This document shows positions 27,799-38,349 of a stretch of 64,000 nucleotides of DNA, piece by piece (the stretch's first letter is position 1; the number at the start of each line of letters is the position of its first letter). Source of the DNA: an uncultured Gammaproteobacteria bacterium (GTDB lineage Bacteria; Patescibacteriota; Patescibacteriia; Patescibacteriales; UBA12465); assembly GCA_964616855.1 (NCBI GenBank), contig CAZTUJ010000001.1, positions 320,301-384,300 of the forward strand, read 5' to 3'. Below the pieces are notes generated by a model, which worked only from the letters and a program-made list of their open reading frames with translations, was not told the origin of the DNA and searched no databases. A program made the translations under genes and the position numbers.

Positions 27799-28374
27799 TT
27801 ATTGCAGATAGTTGATGATTTTGGTGACAATGCGGTCCAACTCTTTTTGATTATTTTCCACCTTCCTGGCACCACCGAGGAGAAAGCCCTTAGTGCTCAT
27901 ACCGCAGAAGCCGAGAGTATGCTTGAGCAGAACCTTTAGAGAGGCACTACCAGTAAAGAAGCGGGTATAGAGCAGGGGACCGCCGCTACTGGTAAAAGCG
28001 GCCGCTTTCTTGCCTTTTAGTAAACCGACAGGTAAGCCATTTTTATAGACAAAACCGAAGCCGCCAGTAAAGACGCGATCTAAAAAGCCCTTTAAGATAG
28101 CGGGCAGGTTTTGCCACCAGGTGGGGTAAATGAAAAGGAGGAAGTCGGCATTTTTAATTTGTTCCTGGAAATTTTGATTTTGCGCATTAACTTCCTTGCG
28201 TCCGGCACTATAGAGTTCGTTGTTTTTAAGGACCGGATCATAGCCGAGGGTGTAGAGGTTAATGAGGGTGCTTTCCGCGCCCTTTTCCGCTAAGGCGGCG
28301 TTAACTTGTTTTAAGAGATAGCCACAGTGACCGTCGTGGCTGGGATGAGCGTAGACAATGAGGTATTTAGACAT
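27799..28374 (-). CDS. Flavodoxin-like fold NAD(P)H dehydrogenase (quinone) family protein
   Basis: MSKYLIVYAHPSHDGHCG..., FIYPTWWQNLPAILKGFLDRVF are typical of the Flavodoxin_2/NQO family. Confidence 0.8.
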   Translation of the reverse strand: MSKYLIVYAHPSHDGHCGYLLKQVNAALAEKGAESTLINLYTLGYDPVLKNNELYSAGRKEVNAQNQNFQEQIKNADFLLFIYPTWWQNLPAILKGFLDRVFTGGFGFVYKNGLPVGLLKGKKAAAFTSSGGPLLYTRFFTGSASLKVLLKHTLGFCGMSTKGFLLGGARKVENNQKELDRIVTKIINYLQ

Positions 28375-28420
28375 AGTTTTTTACAGGAGGCTGAGGAGAA
28401 TTTTTCTCCAGAGTCTGATT

Positions 28421-28756
28421 TTATTTTTTTTGATTTCTAGTTTTATGAGCATAGCCCCATTCGGCGGCTTTTTCTAAAACTCCTTTTAGGCTTTCGCCAT
28501 AGGGAGTAATCCAGTACTCTACCTTCGGTGGCACTTGTCGATAGACTTCGCGGTGAACAATGCCGTCCTTTTCTAAAGAGCGCAATTCGCTTGCTAGCAT
28601 CTTTTGCGAAATGTCTTGCAGACTTTTTTGAAGTTCGTTAAAACGCATCTTTTTTTCTAAAAGATGCCAGAGAATCAGCGGTTTCCACTTACCACCGATA
28701 ACGGCTAAGGTCGCTTGAACCGCGCCGTGACACTTAAATTTGTTGATTTTTTCCAT
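28421..28756 (-). CDS. HxlR-family transcriptional regulator
   Basis: [64 protein letters not shown]. Confidence 0.9.
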   Translation of the reverse strand: MEKINKFKCHGAVQATLAVIGGKWKPLILWHLLEKKMRFNELQKSLQDISQKMLASELRSLEKDGIVHREVYRQVPPKVEYWITPYGESLKGVLEKAAEWGYAHKTRNQKK

Positions 28757-28858
28757 ATAGTTACTTTTATGCCTGTATTATACATCATTGTATGTACTTG
28801 CGTCAATATCTGTATACTGCTATAATTCTAGCACTAATAAATTAATTTTAAAATTAAT

Positions 28859-29524
28859 ATGAAACAGACATTATTAATCGTTTTTTTAGGTCTAGGCCTT
28901 TTCACTTTGGCTGCTTGCGGTCGGGGTGATAAGGAGGCGCCAATGCCCTCAGCTGAGAATAAGGAGGCGGCCGAGCAGGAAGTTAAAGCTGATAATTCCG
29001 TGGTTGTTGATGGTAATTACCAGATCAATACGGCTGAATCTCGCTTAGCCTGGCATGGTGCGAAAATTGTGGGCAGCAGTCATACGGGCACCGCTCCCTT
29101 ACGCTCCGGTTCTTTGCAGGTTAGCGACGGCAAACTCAGCGGCGGCGAATTTGTCGTTGATCTAGCTGCTTTAAAGAGCGATGAAGGCATTGAAGGTTTA
29201 GAAAACCATCTTAAGAGCGCCGACTTCTTTGACGTCGCCACTTATCCCGAAGCAAAGTTAGTTATTACTGAAGTTAAAGATGGCGATACCGCCGGTCTTT
29301 ACCAGGTAATGGCTGATTTGACAATTAAGGGTGTAACCGCTCCGGTTTCCTTCTTAGCTAAGGTGCAGGGCGAAGGCGAAGGCTTAATCGCTACCACCGA
29401 ATTTAAGATTGATCGCACGGTTTGGGGACTACAATACGGTTCTGGTAAGTTCTTCCAGGATTTAGGAGACAAGGTTATCAGCGATGATATTGAATTTAAC
29501 GTATCTTTGAGCGCTCAGCGCTAA
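28859..29524 (+). CDS. YceI-family lipoprotein
   Basis: Lipobox LFTLAAC, then the YceI-like core (SRLAWHGAKIVGSSHTGT...ADLTIKGVTAPVSF). Confidence 0.8.
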   Translation: MKQTLLIVFLGLGLFTLAACGRGDKEAPMPSAENKEAAEQEVKADNSVVVDGNYQINTAESRLAWHGAKIVGSSHTGTAPLRSGSLQVSDGKLSGGEFVVDLAALKSDEGIEGLENHLKSADFFDVATYPEAKLVITEVKDGDTAGLYQVMADLTIKGVTAPVSFLAKVQGEGEGLIATTEFKIDRTVWGLQYGSGKFFQDLGDKVISDDIEFNVSLSAQR

Positions 29525-29662
29525 GAGTTGAAGCGAATCATTCAAGATTAGTAGATATAAAAGAGGCGTCGGAATCCGCCTCTTTTGTTTTTTAAAAAAA
29601 GACATATTTTTAATTTTTTTTTATAATTAATGTGTTTTCAATAATTTAATAAATTTAAATTT

Positions 29663-31018
29663 ATGTTTAAAAAACACGGGTTATTACTCTCCGTCCTAAC
29701 CCTGCTCTTGGCTTTACCCGCTTTTGCTCAGGCCAGCGACGGCTCTCTCTTTGTTTTTCGCCGCGGCAATGGCTATGGCGATGTGGTCGCTTTTCAGGGG
29801 CAGAATCAAGTTTTAAGTTGTGGTGAAATCTGCACGGTTGCCTTACTTGATGATTCAAATTTAAACTTCAAAGCAACGGCGCGCAGCGGCTCAGTTTTTA
29901 AGGGCTGGTCTGTTAATAAGGATAATGCTAGCTCTGAACCCCAGATTAGTAGTGGCGATTTATCAATTTCTCCTTCGGTGGGTGATACTATTATCTATGC
30001 TAAATTTGAATTAGAAAAAATTCCGGAAAATCCAGTGGTTAGTGAAGAGGATAAATTAGTGCCGAGAGTGATGTTTTGGTTTGGAAAAGTTAATCAGCAC
30101 TGGGACTTAGATAAAAAAGTTTGGGCAACTGACCCTGATGGTGGCTCTGGTGCCCGAGAGAATAAATTAGAATATTGTCTTAAGTTTTATCCGAATACGG
30201 TTAAGGTTGTAGCTTATAAGGATGAATTTACTAATACCTGGAAGAATGCCGGCAATACCGGTTCTTATATTTCCATTAAACCATCTTATCGCTGCGTCCA
30301 AAAAGACGAGTCAGTCAGTGGGGAGGATGCTTCCAATTTAGCGGAGAAGCCCAATAAAGGATCGGTTTGTTATTATTTTCCGGATCAACCTTTATGTCTG
30401 CCTTTAAGTGACCCGCGTTCAATTAGGAGCGCCTTTTCTGGAAAATTAGATACTTTCGTGAGCGAGGGGGCAGATAATAATAGTGTTAAATTAGGAGAAG
30501 GGGAGCGGGCTGCTGTCTTAAAGTCTTATTCCGCTGCTTTTTCTGAACTTCCGAAAAATGAAGAAGAATTTAATGATATTATTAAAATTAGTAACGGTCA
30601 GTGGCCGAGTCGCACCAGCGAGAGTGCGGAAAACAGAGCCAGAACCGAGTTCCAAAAGATTTACAAGCGTTTGCCTAACATGGAAAACAAGAATGATCAA
30701 GCGGCTATTACCGTAATGGCTTATGGTCTCCGTCAGAAAGCGGAAAATCGTAATTTAGCTAGTGAAGCGGCGGCCTTAAAGACCTTTAAAAATATTTATA
30801 AACAGGCGCCAGTCACTACTGAAGAATGGAATATTTTACAGGCCATTACTTATTCCGGTGCCGTCAGAGAAGCTGATAGCGATGGCGACTTGCTCTCGGA
30901 TCGTCGGGAAAAAGAGTTGGGCACTGATTTGAATAATAAAGATACGGATGGTGATGGTTATTTTGATGGTATTGAGGTGGCTAATGGCTACGATCCTTTG
31001 AAGGCAGATAAAGATTAA
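29663..31018 (+). CDS. Secreted protein with a bacterial repeat domain and C-terminal thrombospondin-type-3-like Ca-binding repeats
   Basis: Signal peptide; SCGEICTV...GSVFKGWSV (InlB-B-repeat-like); C-terminus DSDGDLLSD...NKDTDGDGYFDGIE. Confidence 0.65.
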   Translation: MFKKHGLLLSVLTLLLALPAFAQASDGSLFVFRRGNGYGDVVAFQGQNQVLSCGEICTVALLDDSNLNFKATARSGSVFKGWSVNKDNASSEPQISSGDLSISPSVGDTIIYAKFELEKIPENPVVSEEDKLVPRVMFWFGKVNQHWDLDKKVWATDPDGGSGARENKLEYCLKFYPNTVKVVAYKDEFTNTWKNAGNTGSYISIKPSYRCVQKDESVSGEDASNLAEKPNKGSVCYYFPDQPLCLPLSDPRSIRSAFSGKLDTFVSEGADNNSVKLGEGERAAVLKSYSAAFSELPKNEEEFNDIIKISNGQWPSRTSESAENRARTEFQKIYKRLPNMENKNDQAAITVMAYGLRQKAENRNLASEAAALKTFKNIYKQAPVTTEEWNILQAITYSGAVREADSDGDLLSDRREKELGTDLNNKDTDGDGYFDGIEVANGYDPLKADKD

Positions 31019-31136
31019 AAGTTTTTTTATAGAAGAGGCGGTTTTTTCCGCCTCTTTTATTTTCCTTATACTCTCTAGCTTTTTTTATATTTTTCTGTTA
31101 ATCTAAGGGGGAATTATTAAGTTTTATCTAATTACT

Positions 31137-32594
31137 ATGGCCGAAGAAGTGATTTTAAGATTCGATGAGGTGACTTTTGAATACCTCGCTAAAAAGCCGG
31201 TTCTCAAAGAGGCTAGTTTCAGTGTGCGTCGGGGTGCTAAAATTACCCTAATGGGTCAGAATGGTGCCGGTAAAAGCACAATTTTTTCTTTGATTAAAGG
31301 TGAAGCCCATCCCAAGAGCGGAAAAATTTCTTTAACCAATAATCCCAGCATCGGGGCGGCCAGTCAGACCATGGCCCGCGAACATTTGCTTTTAAGCGTG
31401 GAGGATTATTTTGCCACTGCTTTTAAGGATCGTCCCGCGAATTTACGCAGCCGTATCAGTAAAGTATTGGAAGCGGTTAATTTAGAGGCGCCTTTTGAGA
31501 AAATTGTGGGCGAACTTTCCGGTGGCCAACAGGCTCGTTTATTATTAGCTTATGCCTTAGTTCAGGACCCGGATATTCTCTTACTCGATGAGCCGACTAA
31601 CAACTTAGACAAAGAAGGCATTGACCATCTTTTGACCTTCTTAATCATGTACGATAAAACCGTCTTGGTTATTTCCCATGATGCTGACTTTTTAAATTGT
31701 TTTACCGAAGGCGTTATTTATCTTGATGTCTTCACCCATCAAGCGGAGATGTATGTTGGTGACTACTATTCAGTGGTGGAAGAAATCGGCCGGCGGATTG
31801 AAAGGGAAGTTAAGAAGAACGCTCAGTTGGAAAAGAAGATCATCGACCGCAAGGAAAAGGTAAACTTCTTTGCCCATAAGGGCGGAAAGATGCGTAAACT
31901 AGCGCAGAAGATGAAGGAAGAAACTGAAGAATTGGAAGAGAATATGGTTGATGTTCGTCGCGAAGATAAAACTATCCGCGCCTTTGAAATTCCCGTGCAA
32001 GAAGATTTGAGCGGGGAAATTATCCGTTTAGATAAAGTTCGGGTGATTAAAAAGCATGAGCCAGTATTTTGCGAAATTAATAAAGTTTTGACTCGTCGCA
32101 CTCGTTTGCTTATTACTGGTCCTAACGGTATTGGTAAGAGCACACTTTTGCGCGCTCTAGTAGGAAAGACGCAAGAAGGCTTAGTGATTGCTCCAAAGGT
32201 ACGCGTTGGCTACTATAGCCAGGATTTTTCCAATTTGCCCTATGATCAGACCGCTTATAAAGTTTTGGCCGCTGATTTAATGGAGGGCTCAGGTGAACAA
32301 GAGCTTCGTTCTCTAGCAGCTGGCTTTCTTTTAACCGGTGAAGTTTTATCTTTGCCGGTAGCGGCTTTATCGGAAGGACAAAAAGGGCTTTTAGCTTTTG
32401 CCCGTCTAGTAATGTTGAAACCGGGCGTCTTGATTTTAGATGAGCCCACCAATCATATTAATTTCCGTCACTTGCCTGTAATTGCTGAAGCTTTAAATAA
32501 TTATGAGGGGGCTATTATTATGGTTAGTCATATGAGTGAATTTGTCAGTCAGGTACGGATGGATGAAGAATTAGATTTAGGGAAATTAGTTTAG
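31137..32594 (+). CDS. ABC-F family ATPase (two ABC domains, no TM domain)
   Basis: Walker A GQNGAGKST and GPNGIGKST, signatures LSGGQQARL and LSEGQKGLL, and a charged linker between the domains. Confidence 0.9.
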   Translation: MAEEVILRFDEVTFEYLAKKPVLKEASFSVRRGAKITLMGQNGAGKSTIFSLIKGEAHPKSGKISLTNNPSIGAASQTMAREHLLLSVEDYFATAFKDRPANLRSRISKVLEAVNLEAPFEKIVGELSGGQQARLLLAYALVQDPDILLLDEPTNNLDKEGIDHLLTFLIMYDKTVLVISHDADFLNCFTEGVIYLDVFTHQAEMYVGDYYSVVEEIGRRIEREVKKNAQLEKKIIDRKEKVNFFAHKGGKMRKLAQKMKEETEELEENMVDVRREDKTIRAFEIPVQEDLSGEIIRLDKVRVIKKHEPVFCEINKVLTRRTRLLITGPNGIGKSTLLRALVGKTQEGLVIAPKVRVGYYSQDFSNLPYDQTAYKVLAADLMEGSGEQELRSLAAGFLLTGEVLSLPVAALSEGQKGLLAFARLVMLKPGVLILDEPTNHINFRHLPVIAEALNNYEGAIIMVSHMSEFVSQVRMDEELDLGKLV

Positions 32595-32648
32595 AATTTA
32601 TTTTTTGTTTTTGAAAAGCCCGCTCTCGATTATTTCGAAGGCGGGCTT

Positions 32649-33176
32649 TTAAGCAACAATTTTTCTTATTCCTAAGAAAAGAGCGTAGCTGAGGATGCTA
32701 ATGATAAAACCAAAGAGCAGACCGAAGGCGGCTAGGCCAACAATTAGGCCAAAGCTTAGGGCGCCGAAGATTCCTGTCCATTCGCCGAAAACGATACCAC
32801 AGACAACAACAAATAAGGAGGCAGCTCCTAAAGCCACTACTCCAGAAGCGAGGAGGTAGGAGAGAGTAATGATTATCAGTATTTCCACTCCGATTATCCA
32901 GGGATTAGCTTCTGGCCAAGATTTTTTTCCTGACCAGAAAAGTAGAGCAATGAAGCCGGGGAAGATGAGTAAATCCCAAAAACGGGAATAGGGGCGCGGT
33001 AAATTAAAAAATTCCGGAGAGCCGAGGGCGTAGTCATGGTTGGAGTAGAGCCGAATAGACTCAATGTTTGGCAGCTGGATAATTCCTTGTTCTTTTAAGA
33101 AATAGATAGCGGCAAAAATGATAATGCTAGTCCCGACGCTAATTGCCAGGAAAAGCTTGTTTTTCAACTTTTTCAT
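32649..33176 (-). CDS. Hypothetical polytopic membrane protein
   Basis: 175-aa ORF with 5 hydrophobic segments. Confidence 0.55.
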   Translation of the reverse strand: MKKLKNKLFLAISVGTSIIIFAAIYFLKEQGIIQLPNIESIRLYSNHDYALGSPEFFNLPRPYSRFWDLLIFPGFIALLFWSGKKSWPEANPWIIGVEILIIITLSYLLASGVVALGAASLFVVVCGIVFGEWTGIFGALSFGLIVGLAAFGLLFGFIISILSYALFLGIRKIVA

Positions 33177-33264
33177 AGCAATTTAGGGTTTTATTTGGTT
33201 ATTTTTAAAGAATATAGTATTATAATATAAAGAGTTTTGATTGTAAAGAATAAGTTTTTTCCTT

Positions 33265-33795
33265 ATGAAAAATGTGGTTGTCGCTTCCTTAAACCCGGTT
33301 AAATTAGAGGCTGCTCGCCTTAGTTTTAGTCAGGCTTTTCCTAACGAAGAGTTTATTTTTAAGGGTGTGGCCGCTCTTTCTGGGGTTCCTGATCAGCCCT
33401 TGTCTAAAGTTGAAACCCTGCAAGGAGCCCAGAATCGTTTAGTCTCCGCTCAAGCTCTTCATCCGGGGGCTGATTTCTATATCGCCTTTGAAGCCGGGAT
33501 TGAAGATAATGAGGGAGTAATGGAAGAATTTGCTTGGGTGGTAACCACGGATGGTTATAAAAGCGGAAAAGCTTGTAGTGCTTTATTTTTAGCGCCGCCA
33601 CGTTTACGCGCTTTAGTGATTGAACAGGGCTTAGAAGTGGGCGACGCTACCGATATTCTCTTTAATGAAGAAAATTCCAAACAAAAAATTGGGGCCGTTG
33701 GTCAGCTGACCAAGGGGGCAGTTACTCGCACCACCCTCTACGTCCAGCCGGGCATTCTCGCCCTTCTCCCCTTTATTCATCCGGAACTTTATTGA
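33265..33795 (+). CDS. yjjX: Inosine/xanthosine triphosphatase (YjjX/DUF84 family)
   Basis: VVVASLNPVKLEAA...SGVPDQPLS..ETLQGAQNR...ADFYIAFEAGIED is colinear with E. coli YjjX. Confidence 0.85.
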   Translation: MKNVVVASLNPVKLEAARLSFSQAFPNEEFIFKGVAALSGVPDQPLSKVETLQGAQNRLVSAQALHPGADFYIAFEAGIEDNEGVMEEFAWVVTTDGYKSGKACSALFLAPPRLRALVIEQGLEVGDATDILFNEENSKQKIGAVGQLTKGAVTRTTLYVQPGILALLPFIHPELY

Positions 33796-33914
33796 GCCGG
33801 ATTTTTTTATCTTTTTTTAGGTAAAAATATTGCTTTGACATTAAGCTAGAAAAAGACTTAGAATGATAGTATCAAATAGAATTCACTCGTTGTTTAACAT
33901 CTAAATAAACTGTT

Positions 33915-35309
33915 ATGTCTACAAACCCGTCGTCTAAAAGTGTTGCCACTGAGATTATCTCTGCTCGTACTGGCAAGAACATTGTCATGCCCGAAACCAG
34001 CGTCTTAATCGACGATCCTGAATCCGTGTCGGAATTTATTAAAGGGGGTAACCTTGTGGTTATTCTCTGGCACGTCATCATTGAACTTGATGGCCTAAAA
34101 AAATCCCGTGATGTCGGTTATGAAGCGCAAAAAGCAATTAAAAAAATCCATGCGCTTCTGCTCTCTAACGCTAATATTGTAGTAGAAAGGAAAATGAATT
34201 TTTCCAAGAATGATTTGGACAAAACTTTGCCCGACCACCGCATTATTGCTGGAGTTAATTCTGTGCTGCAGGAAAAAAATAGGCCGAAAAGTCCATATTT
34301 TGGTTATGACAAGGTTAAACTTGTCACCAATGATTATGGCATGCAAATTTTTGCCCGAGAAATTGGAGCTAAATTTAGTTTAATTGTTGAGTTCTATCAA
34401 AAAGATAGGGCTAAACTACGCAAAGAAGCCTTAATCATTCGAACTAAAAATATTCCTTTTGACCTGATCAAAAAAGATCGGGATAAAAATGAATATTATC
34501 CTCTTTCCGGCTCTGAAAGGATTCCGGAGAATGGCCCTGTAATTATTTACTCAGGCGAAGATTCTAATTGGCAGCCATATTGTGCGGCTGTGCGTCAGGG
34601 TAATAATCTGGTTTTTCTGGATTCAAGGATTAACGCTGCCGGTATCTATGCCAAGGGCAATGGCCATACCAACTGGGCACAAATTATCGCCCTCCACTTT
34701 CTCACCGATGACAAGGTTAAATGCGTCTTTTTGCAGGGCGGTGCTGGTACGGGTAAAACTATCTTGGCCCTAGCTGCTGGTTTAGACGGAAAAAGGCGTA
34801 AGCTGTATTCTCGTTTGATTGTATCGCGGCCAACCATTCCTTTAAATGAAGATGATAATCTGGGCTGGTTGCCGGGAGATATTAATCAAAAATTTTATCC
34901 TTGGCTCTTACCTATTCGGCAAAATCTGGCCATTATAAAACCGGAGAAAAAAAGCAAAGAAGCCGAAGAGGATAAAAGCGAACTGGATATCATGGCCAAA
35001 CATGGTGTAGAAATTCAGCCCCTCGCCTATATCAGGGGTTCTACTTTCAACGGAGCTTTTATCATTATCGATGAGGCTCAGAATCTCACCCGCCATCAGA
35101 TGAAAACTATTATTACTCGTGCTGGTCAAGGCACGAAGATCGTTTTTACTGGCGACCTGGGTCAGATTGATAACCCTCGTCTTACTCGCGATAATTCTGG
35201 CCTAACTCACGCTATTGCTCGCATGGGCCGCGATCGTTTGGTTGGTATTGTTAATTTTCAACAAACTGTTCGTAGCGAATTAGTTGAGTTAGCGGAGAGA
35301 GTTCTTTAA
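33915..35309 (+). CDS. PIN-domain plus PhoH-like ATPase (PhoH2/YlaK type)
   Basis: N-terminal PIN-like segment (VLIDDPESV..., DHRIIAG), then Walker A LQGGAGTGKT and the PhoH C-terminal block (IIIDEAQNLT..., VFTGDLGQID). Confidence 0.85.
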   Translation: MSTNPSSKSVATEIISARTGKNIVMPETSVLIDDPESVSEFIKGGNLVVILWHVIIELDGLKKSRDVGYEAQKAIKKIHALLLSNANIVVERKMNFSKNDLDKTLPDHRIIAGVNSVLQEKNRPKSPYFGYDKVKLVTNDYGMQIFAREIGAKFSLIVEFYQKDRAKLRKEALIIRTKNIPFDLIKKDRDKNEYYPLSGSERIPENGPVIIYSGEDSNWQPYCAAVRQGNNLVFLDSRINAAGIYAKGNGHTNWAQIIALHFLTDDKVKCVFLQGGAGTGKTILALAAGLDGKRRKLYSRLIVSRPTIPLNEDDNLGWLPGDINQKFYPWLLPIRQNLAIIKPEKKSKEAEEDKSELDIMAKHGVEIQPLAYIRGSTFNGAFIIIDEAQNLTRHQMKTIITRAGQGTKIVFTGDLGQIDNPRLTRDNSGLTHAIARMGRDRLVGIVNFQQTVRSELVELAERVL

Positions 35310-35416
35310 TCATCTAAGCGTCATTGTTTTTTGAAGAAGCGGCTTTTTTACAAAGCCGCTTTTTTCATTCCCTAAACTTATCTTTTCTGCTAAGATTTGA
35401 TTTATAACTACTTTTT

Positions 35417-36502
35417 ATGATTTTTATCTCTTTATTTGCTTTTTTAGCCTTAGTAATTTTAGGACATTATTTTGCTTGGCAGCTGTGTTTGCAAGCCTGT
35501 CCCCGCTTACGCTCTCATCGTTTTTATCTACTGGCGACATTTGTCGCCTTTACCGTTTTCTTTTTAGGGGCTTTCATGGTTTTACACCGCAGTGATAGTG
35601 CCATCTTGGCAGCTCTTTATGTCCTGAGTGCTGTCTTTTTTGGTCTCTTATCCCAATTAATGCTTTTTGGGGTCTTGGCCTGGGTTCTGCGTTTAGTTTT
35701 GGGTAGCTGTAAATATTTAAAAAGTCGACCCCTTTTATTGCCTCGTATTTTTGTGGTCATCGCTTTAGTATTTTTTGTTTTAGGAACTTATAATGCTTTT
35801 TATCCACGGGTAAAGACTATATATTTGCAAGGTTGGCCGGAAGAATTAAAAGGGAAGCGTTTTGTTCAACTTTCTGATCTACATTTGGGCGCAGTCTATC
35901 GTCCTTTTTGGCTCGAACGCGTTGTCCGTCAGACTAATGCTCTTAATCCTGACTTTGTTATTATCAGTGGCGATCTTTTTGACGGCAGTGATGAGATTTT
36001 AGCAGAGTTTGTGCCGGCCCTTAAAGATTTTTCGGCCCCAACAATTTTTGTCCCCGGTAATCACGACTATTATGTACCAGCGGGAGTGGCTAACGAAACG
36101 GCTGGCAGCGGCGGCTTGATTGTTCTTAGCGATGCCGCCCAAGAAGTTTCGGGCTTGGAAATTATTGGTTTTAATTATTTAGCCAGAGAAGACAGTAATG
36201 TGCGTCGAGAAATCCAAGGTTTACGTCCAGAAGCAGATTTAGTGAGAATTGTGGTTAATCATGTACCAGTTGATCAAGCGGAGGCTAAAAATCTTAGCGC
36301 TAAACTGCTCTTATCTGGCCATACGCACCGGGGCCAGATTTTCCCTTTTTCAGCCTTTGTCCGTCTTCTTTACGGTCCTTTTTCCTATGGCCTAGAAGAT
36401 TATGAGGGGATGACTACTAATACCAGCGCTGGTACCGGCACCTGGGGCCCACCTTTACGCACCCTCTTTCCGGGGGAGATTGTGGAATTTGTAATTGAAT
36501 AG
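35417..36502 (+). CDS. Membrane-anchored metallophosphoesterase (YkuE-like)
   Basis: Four N-terminal TM segments, then SDLHLG, GDLFDG, GNHDY, GHTHRGQ. Confidence 0.85.
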   Translation: MIFISLFAFLALVILGHYFAWQLCLQACPRLRSHRFYLLATFVAFTVFFLGAFMVLHRSDSAILAALYVLSAVFFGLLSQLMLFGVLAWVLRLVLGSCKYLKSRPLLLPRIFVVIALVFFVLGTYNAFYPRVKTIYLQGWPEELKGKRFVQLSDLHLGAVYRPFWLERVVRQTNALNPDFVIISGDLFDGSDEILAEFVPALKDFSAPTIFVPGNHDYYVPAGVANETAGSGGLIVLSDAAQEVSGLEIIGFNYLAREDSNVRREIQGLRPEADLVRIVVNHVPVDQAEAKNLSAKLLLSGHTHRGQIFPFSAFVRLLYGPFSYGLEDYEGMTTNTSAGTGTWGPPLRTLFPGEIVEFVIE

Positions 36503-36564
36503 TTTTCTCTAAAGAAAAAGACCGTTGACAATTGCCAACGGTCTTTTTTTAAAGATCGTGTTTG

Positions 36565-37545
36565 TTAGCCGGGAAAAGTGATTTTTATTTCCACAGCATT
36601 AGGAAGATTTTTAAGGGATACGCCTCCACCGTGAGCTTCCGCAATTAAGCGGATCGCGCGTGAGCCAAGGCCGTTGCCGTTTTTCTTGGTAGAGAAATTT
36701 TCTGTGAAAAGCTTTTTAATGGCTTCCTCGGAAATGTTGCCCGGATTAATAACGGCAATAGTGACAAGGCCGTTTTTCTGGCCGAAGTTAATGGTAATCT
36801 TTTCTTTTTCTAAGCCCTGTTCCTGCATCGCTTCGGCGGCATTTTTCAAAATATTGCCTAAAGCAATTTCCAGTAAATCTTCGTTGGCTATGATTTCAAA
36901 ATCGGCTCCCATCATTGGTCTTTGGAGGACCTTGATATTAGTTCCGGCTTCAAAGATTTCTTTATTCCTCCGGATGAGGTCAAAAAGATTAACTGTAGCC
37001 AAATCGATTTGGTAATCGCCTTTAGCAATTCTGCTAACGGCTAAGAAGTTGTTTCGGCCTTTGAGCATGGTGTTAGCGGAGCGCAGAGCTGTTTCGACAA
37101 ATTCAATTTTTTCGTCCCCAGGCTCAAGATCTTCTCTGATAATTTGCAGGAAGCCAATAATTCCATTTAAGGGTGTGAAGATATCATGGATAAATTGGCC
37201 CATGATTTGTTCCAGTTCTTTTTCCATCACCTTTTTAATGCCATTGGCATCATCGAGATTGCGGATGGCAACGATATAGTCCGCGGTTTCCGGAATCGGG
37301 GTGACGATGTATTCAATCGTCGAGCCTTGGAAAATACGGCGTACCGTTTGGTTAAGGACTGGCGGCCACGACGTTTCTTCTGGGTTGAGGAGGGTAAGGG
37401 CATTTTGCCCTTCGAGTTCCACTTGGGCAAAATTGCTAACAATTTTGTTTGTCCAGAGGATTTTAGACTGGGCGTCAATAATAACAATGCCTTCGGTTGA
37501 GGCTTCGTAAAGCCTTTTCAAGAATTCAATTTTTTCTTCCATCAT
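36565..37545 (-). CDS. Cytoplasmic sensor histidine kinase (PAS-HisKA-HATPase)
   Basis: H-box HDIFTPLNGIIGF, N-box NILKNAAEA, G-box GNGLGSRAIRL. No TM segment and no adjacent response regulator. Confidence 0.85.
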   Translation of the reverse strand: MMEEKIEFLKRLYEASTEGIVIIDAQSKILWTNKIVSNFAQVELEGQNALTLLNPEETSWPPVLNQTVRRIFQGSTIEYIVTPIPETADYIVAIRNLDDANGIKKVMEKELEQIMGQFIHDIFTPLNGIIGFLQIIREDLEPGDEKIEFVETALRSANTMLKGRNNFLAVSRIAKGDYQIDLATVNLFDLIRRNKEIFEAGTNIKVLQRPMMGADFEIIANEDLLEIALGNILKNAAEAMQEQGLEKEKITINFGQKNGLVTIAVINPGNISEEAIKKLFTENFSTKKNGNGLGSRAIRLIAEAHGGGVSLKNLPNAVEIKITFPG

Positions 37546-37740
37546 ATAGAGTTTTAGTGTACGAGTTTAGGGAAATAATATATCATATTTATTAATATTA
37601 GTCAATACTAGACCATTATTTCCGCTATTTTTTAAGAAATTATCGCTTTTAACCTAGTTTTTCTTGACTTTGTTCATTTTTTGTTGTGAAATAGGGCTAT
37701 CAAACAATAGTCATTTTCACCCACTAATACGGAGGTAGCC

Positions 37741-38193
37741 ATGTTGATCTTTCACAAAATTTCTTATTCGATCTTACTGATATTGGGCACCATGCTCATT
37801 ATCCTGTACTCCAAAGTAGAATTTGCCGGTAGCCCTTGGTTGCAAACAATCGCAACTTACTTAATTGCTTCACTGGCATTCTCTCTGCTAATTTATCTGC
37901 TCTTTAAAAAAACCAGAGCCGATGCTTATGCCATCTCCTTTCTGCAGCTACTTTTTCTTGGGTATCTGCTTATCTTCCTGGCCTGTATAGGCAACGTCGT
38001 GGTGCGATTTATAAACATCGTCCCCATTTTTTTCGGTTATGAGCCTTGGGTGGGAAATATTTTCCCCGGACCCTATATGTGGTTAGCGGGCTTAGCTATT
38101 ATTCCGGCGCTATTTTCTTTAGCCCTGTCTATTTATTGGGATGAAGCTAAACGAGCAGAGGACATGGTGGAAAAAACTGTCGGCATAGATTAA
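37741..38193 (+). CDS. Uncharacterised 4-TM membrane protein, family B paralog 1
   Basis: 150-aa ORF with a strong RBS (GGAGGT). The C-terminal half aligns with 38350..38784 (VPIFFGYEPW...GPYMW / VPLILGHDLW...GPWMF). Confidence 0.65.
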   Translation: MLIFHKISYSILLILGTMLIILYSKVEFAGSPWLQTIATYLIASLAFSLLIYLLFKKTRADAYAISFLQLLFLGYLLIFLACIGNVVVRFINIVPIFFGYEPWVGNIFPGPYMWLAGLAIIPALFSLALSIYWDEAKRAEDMVEKTVGID

Positions 38194-38349
38194 TCGTGAT
38201 TTAACTGTCCTTTTTTAGACTTCCCGGCAAGCTTAGCGCTACCGGGATTTTTATTATCTTGACTTTCCCTTTTTTTATTGCTGAAATTTAATTATCGTTC
38301 ACTTAAATCTAAAATTAACTAGAAGCCGTTTTAGCGGCAAGGAGGCCTC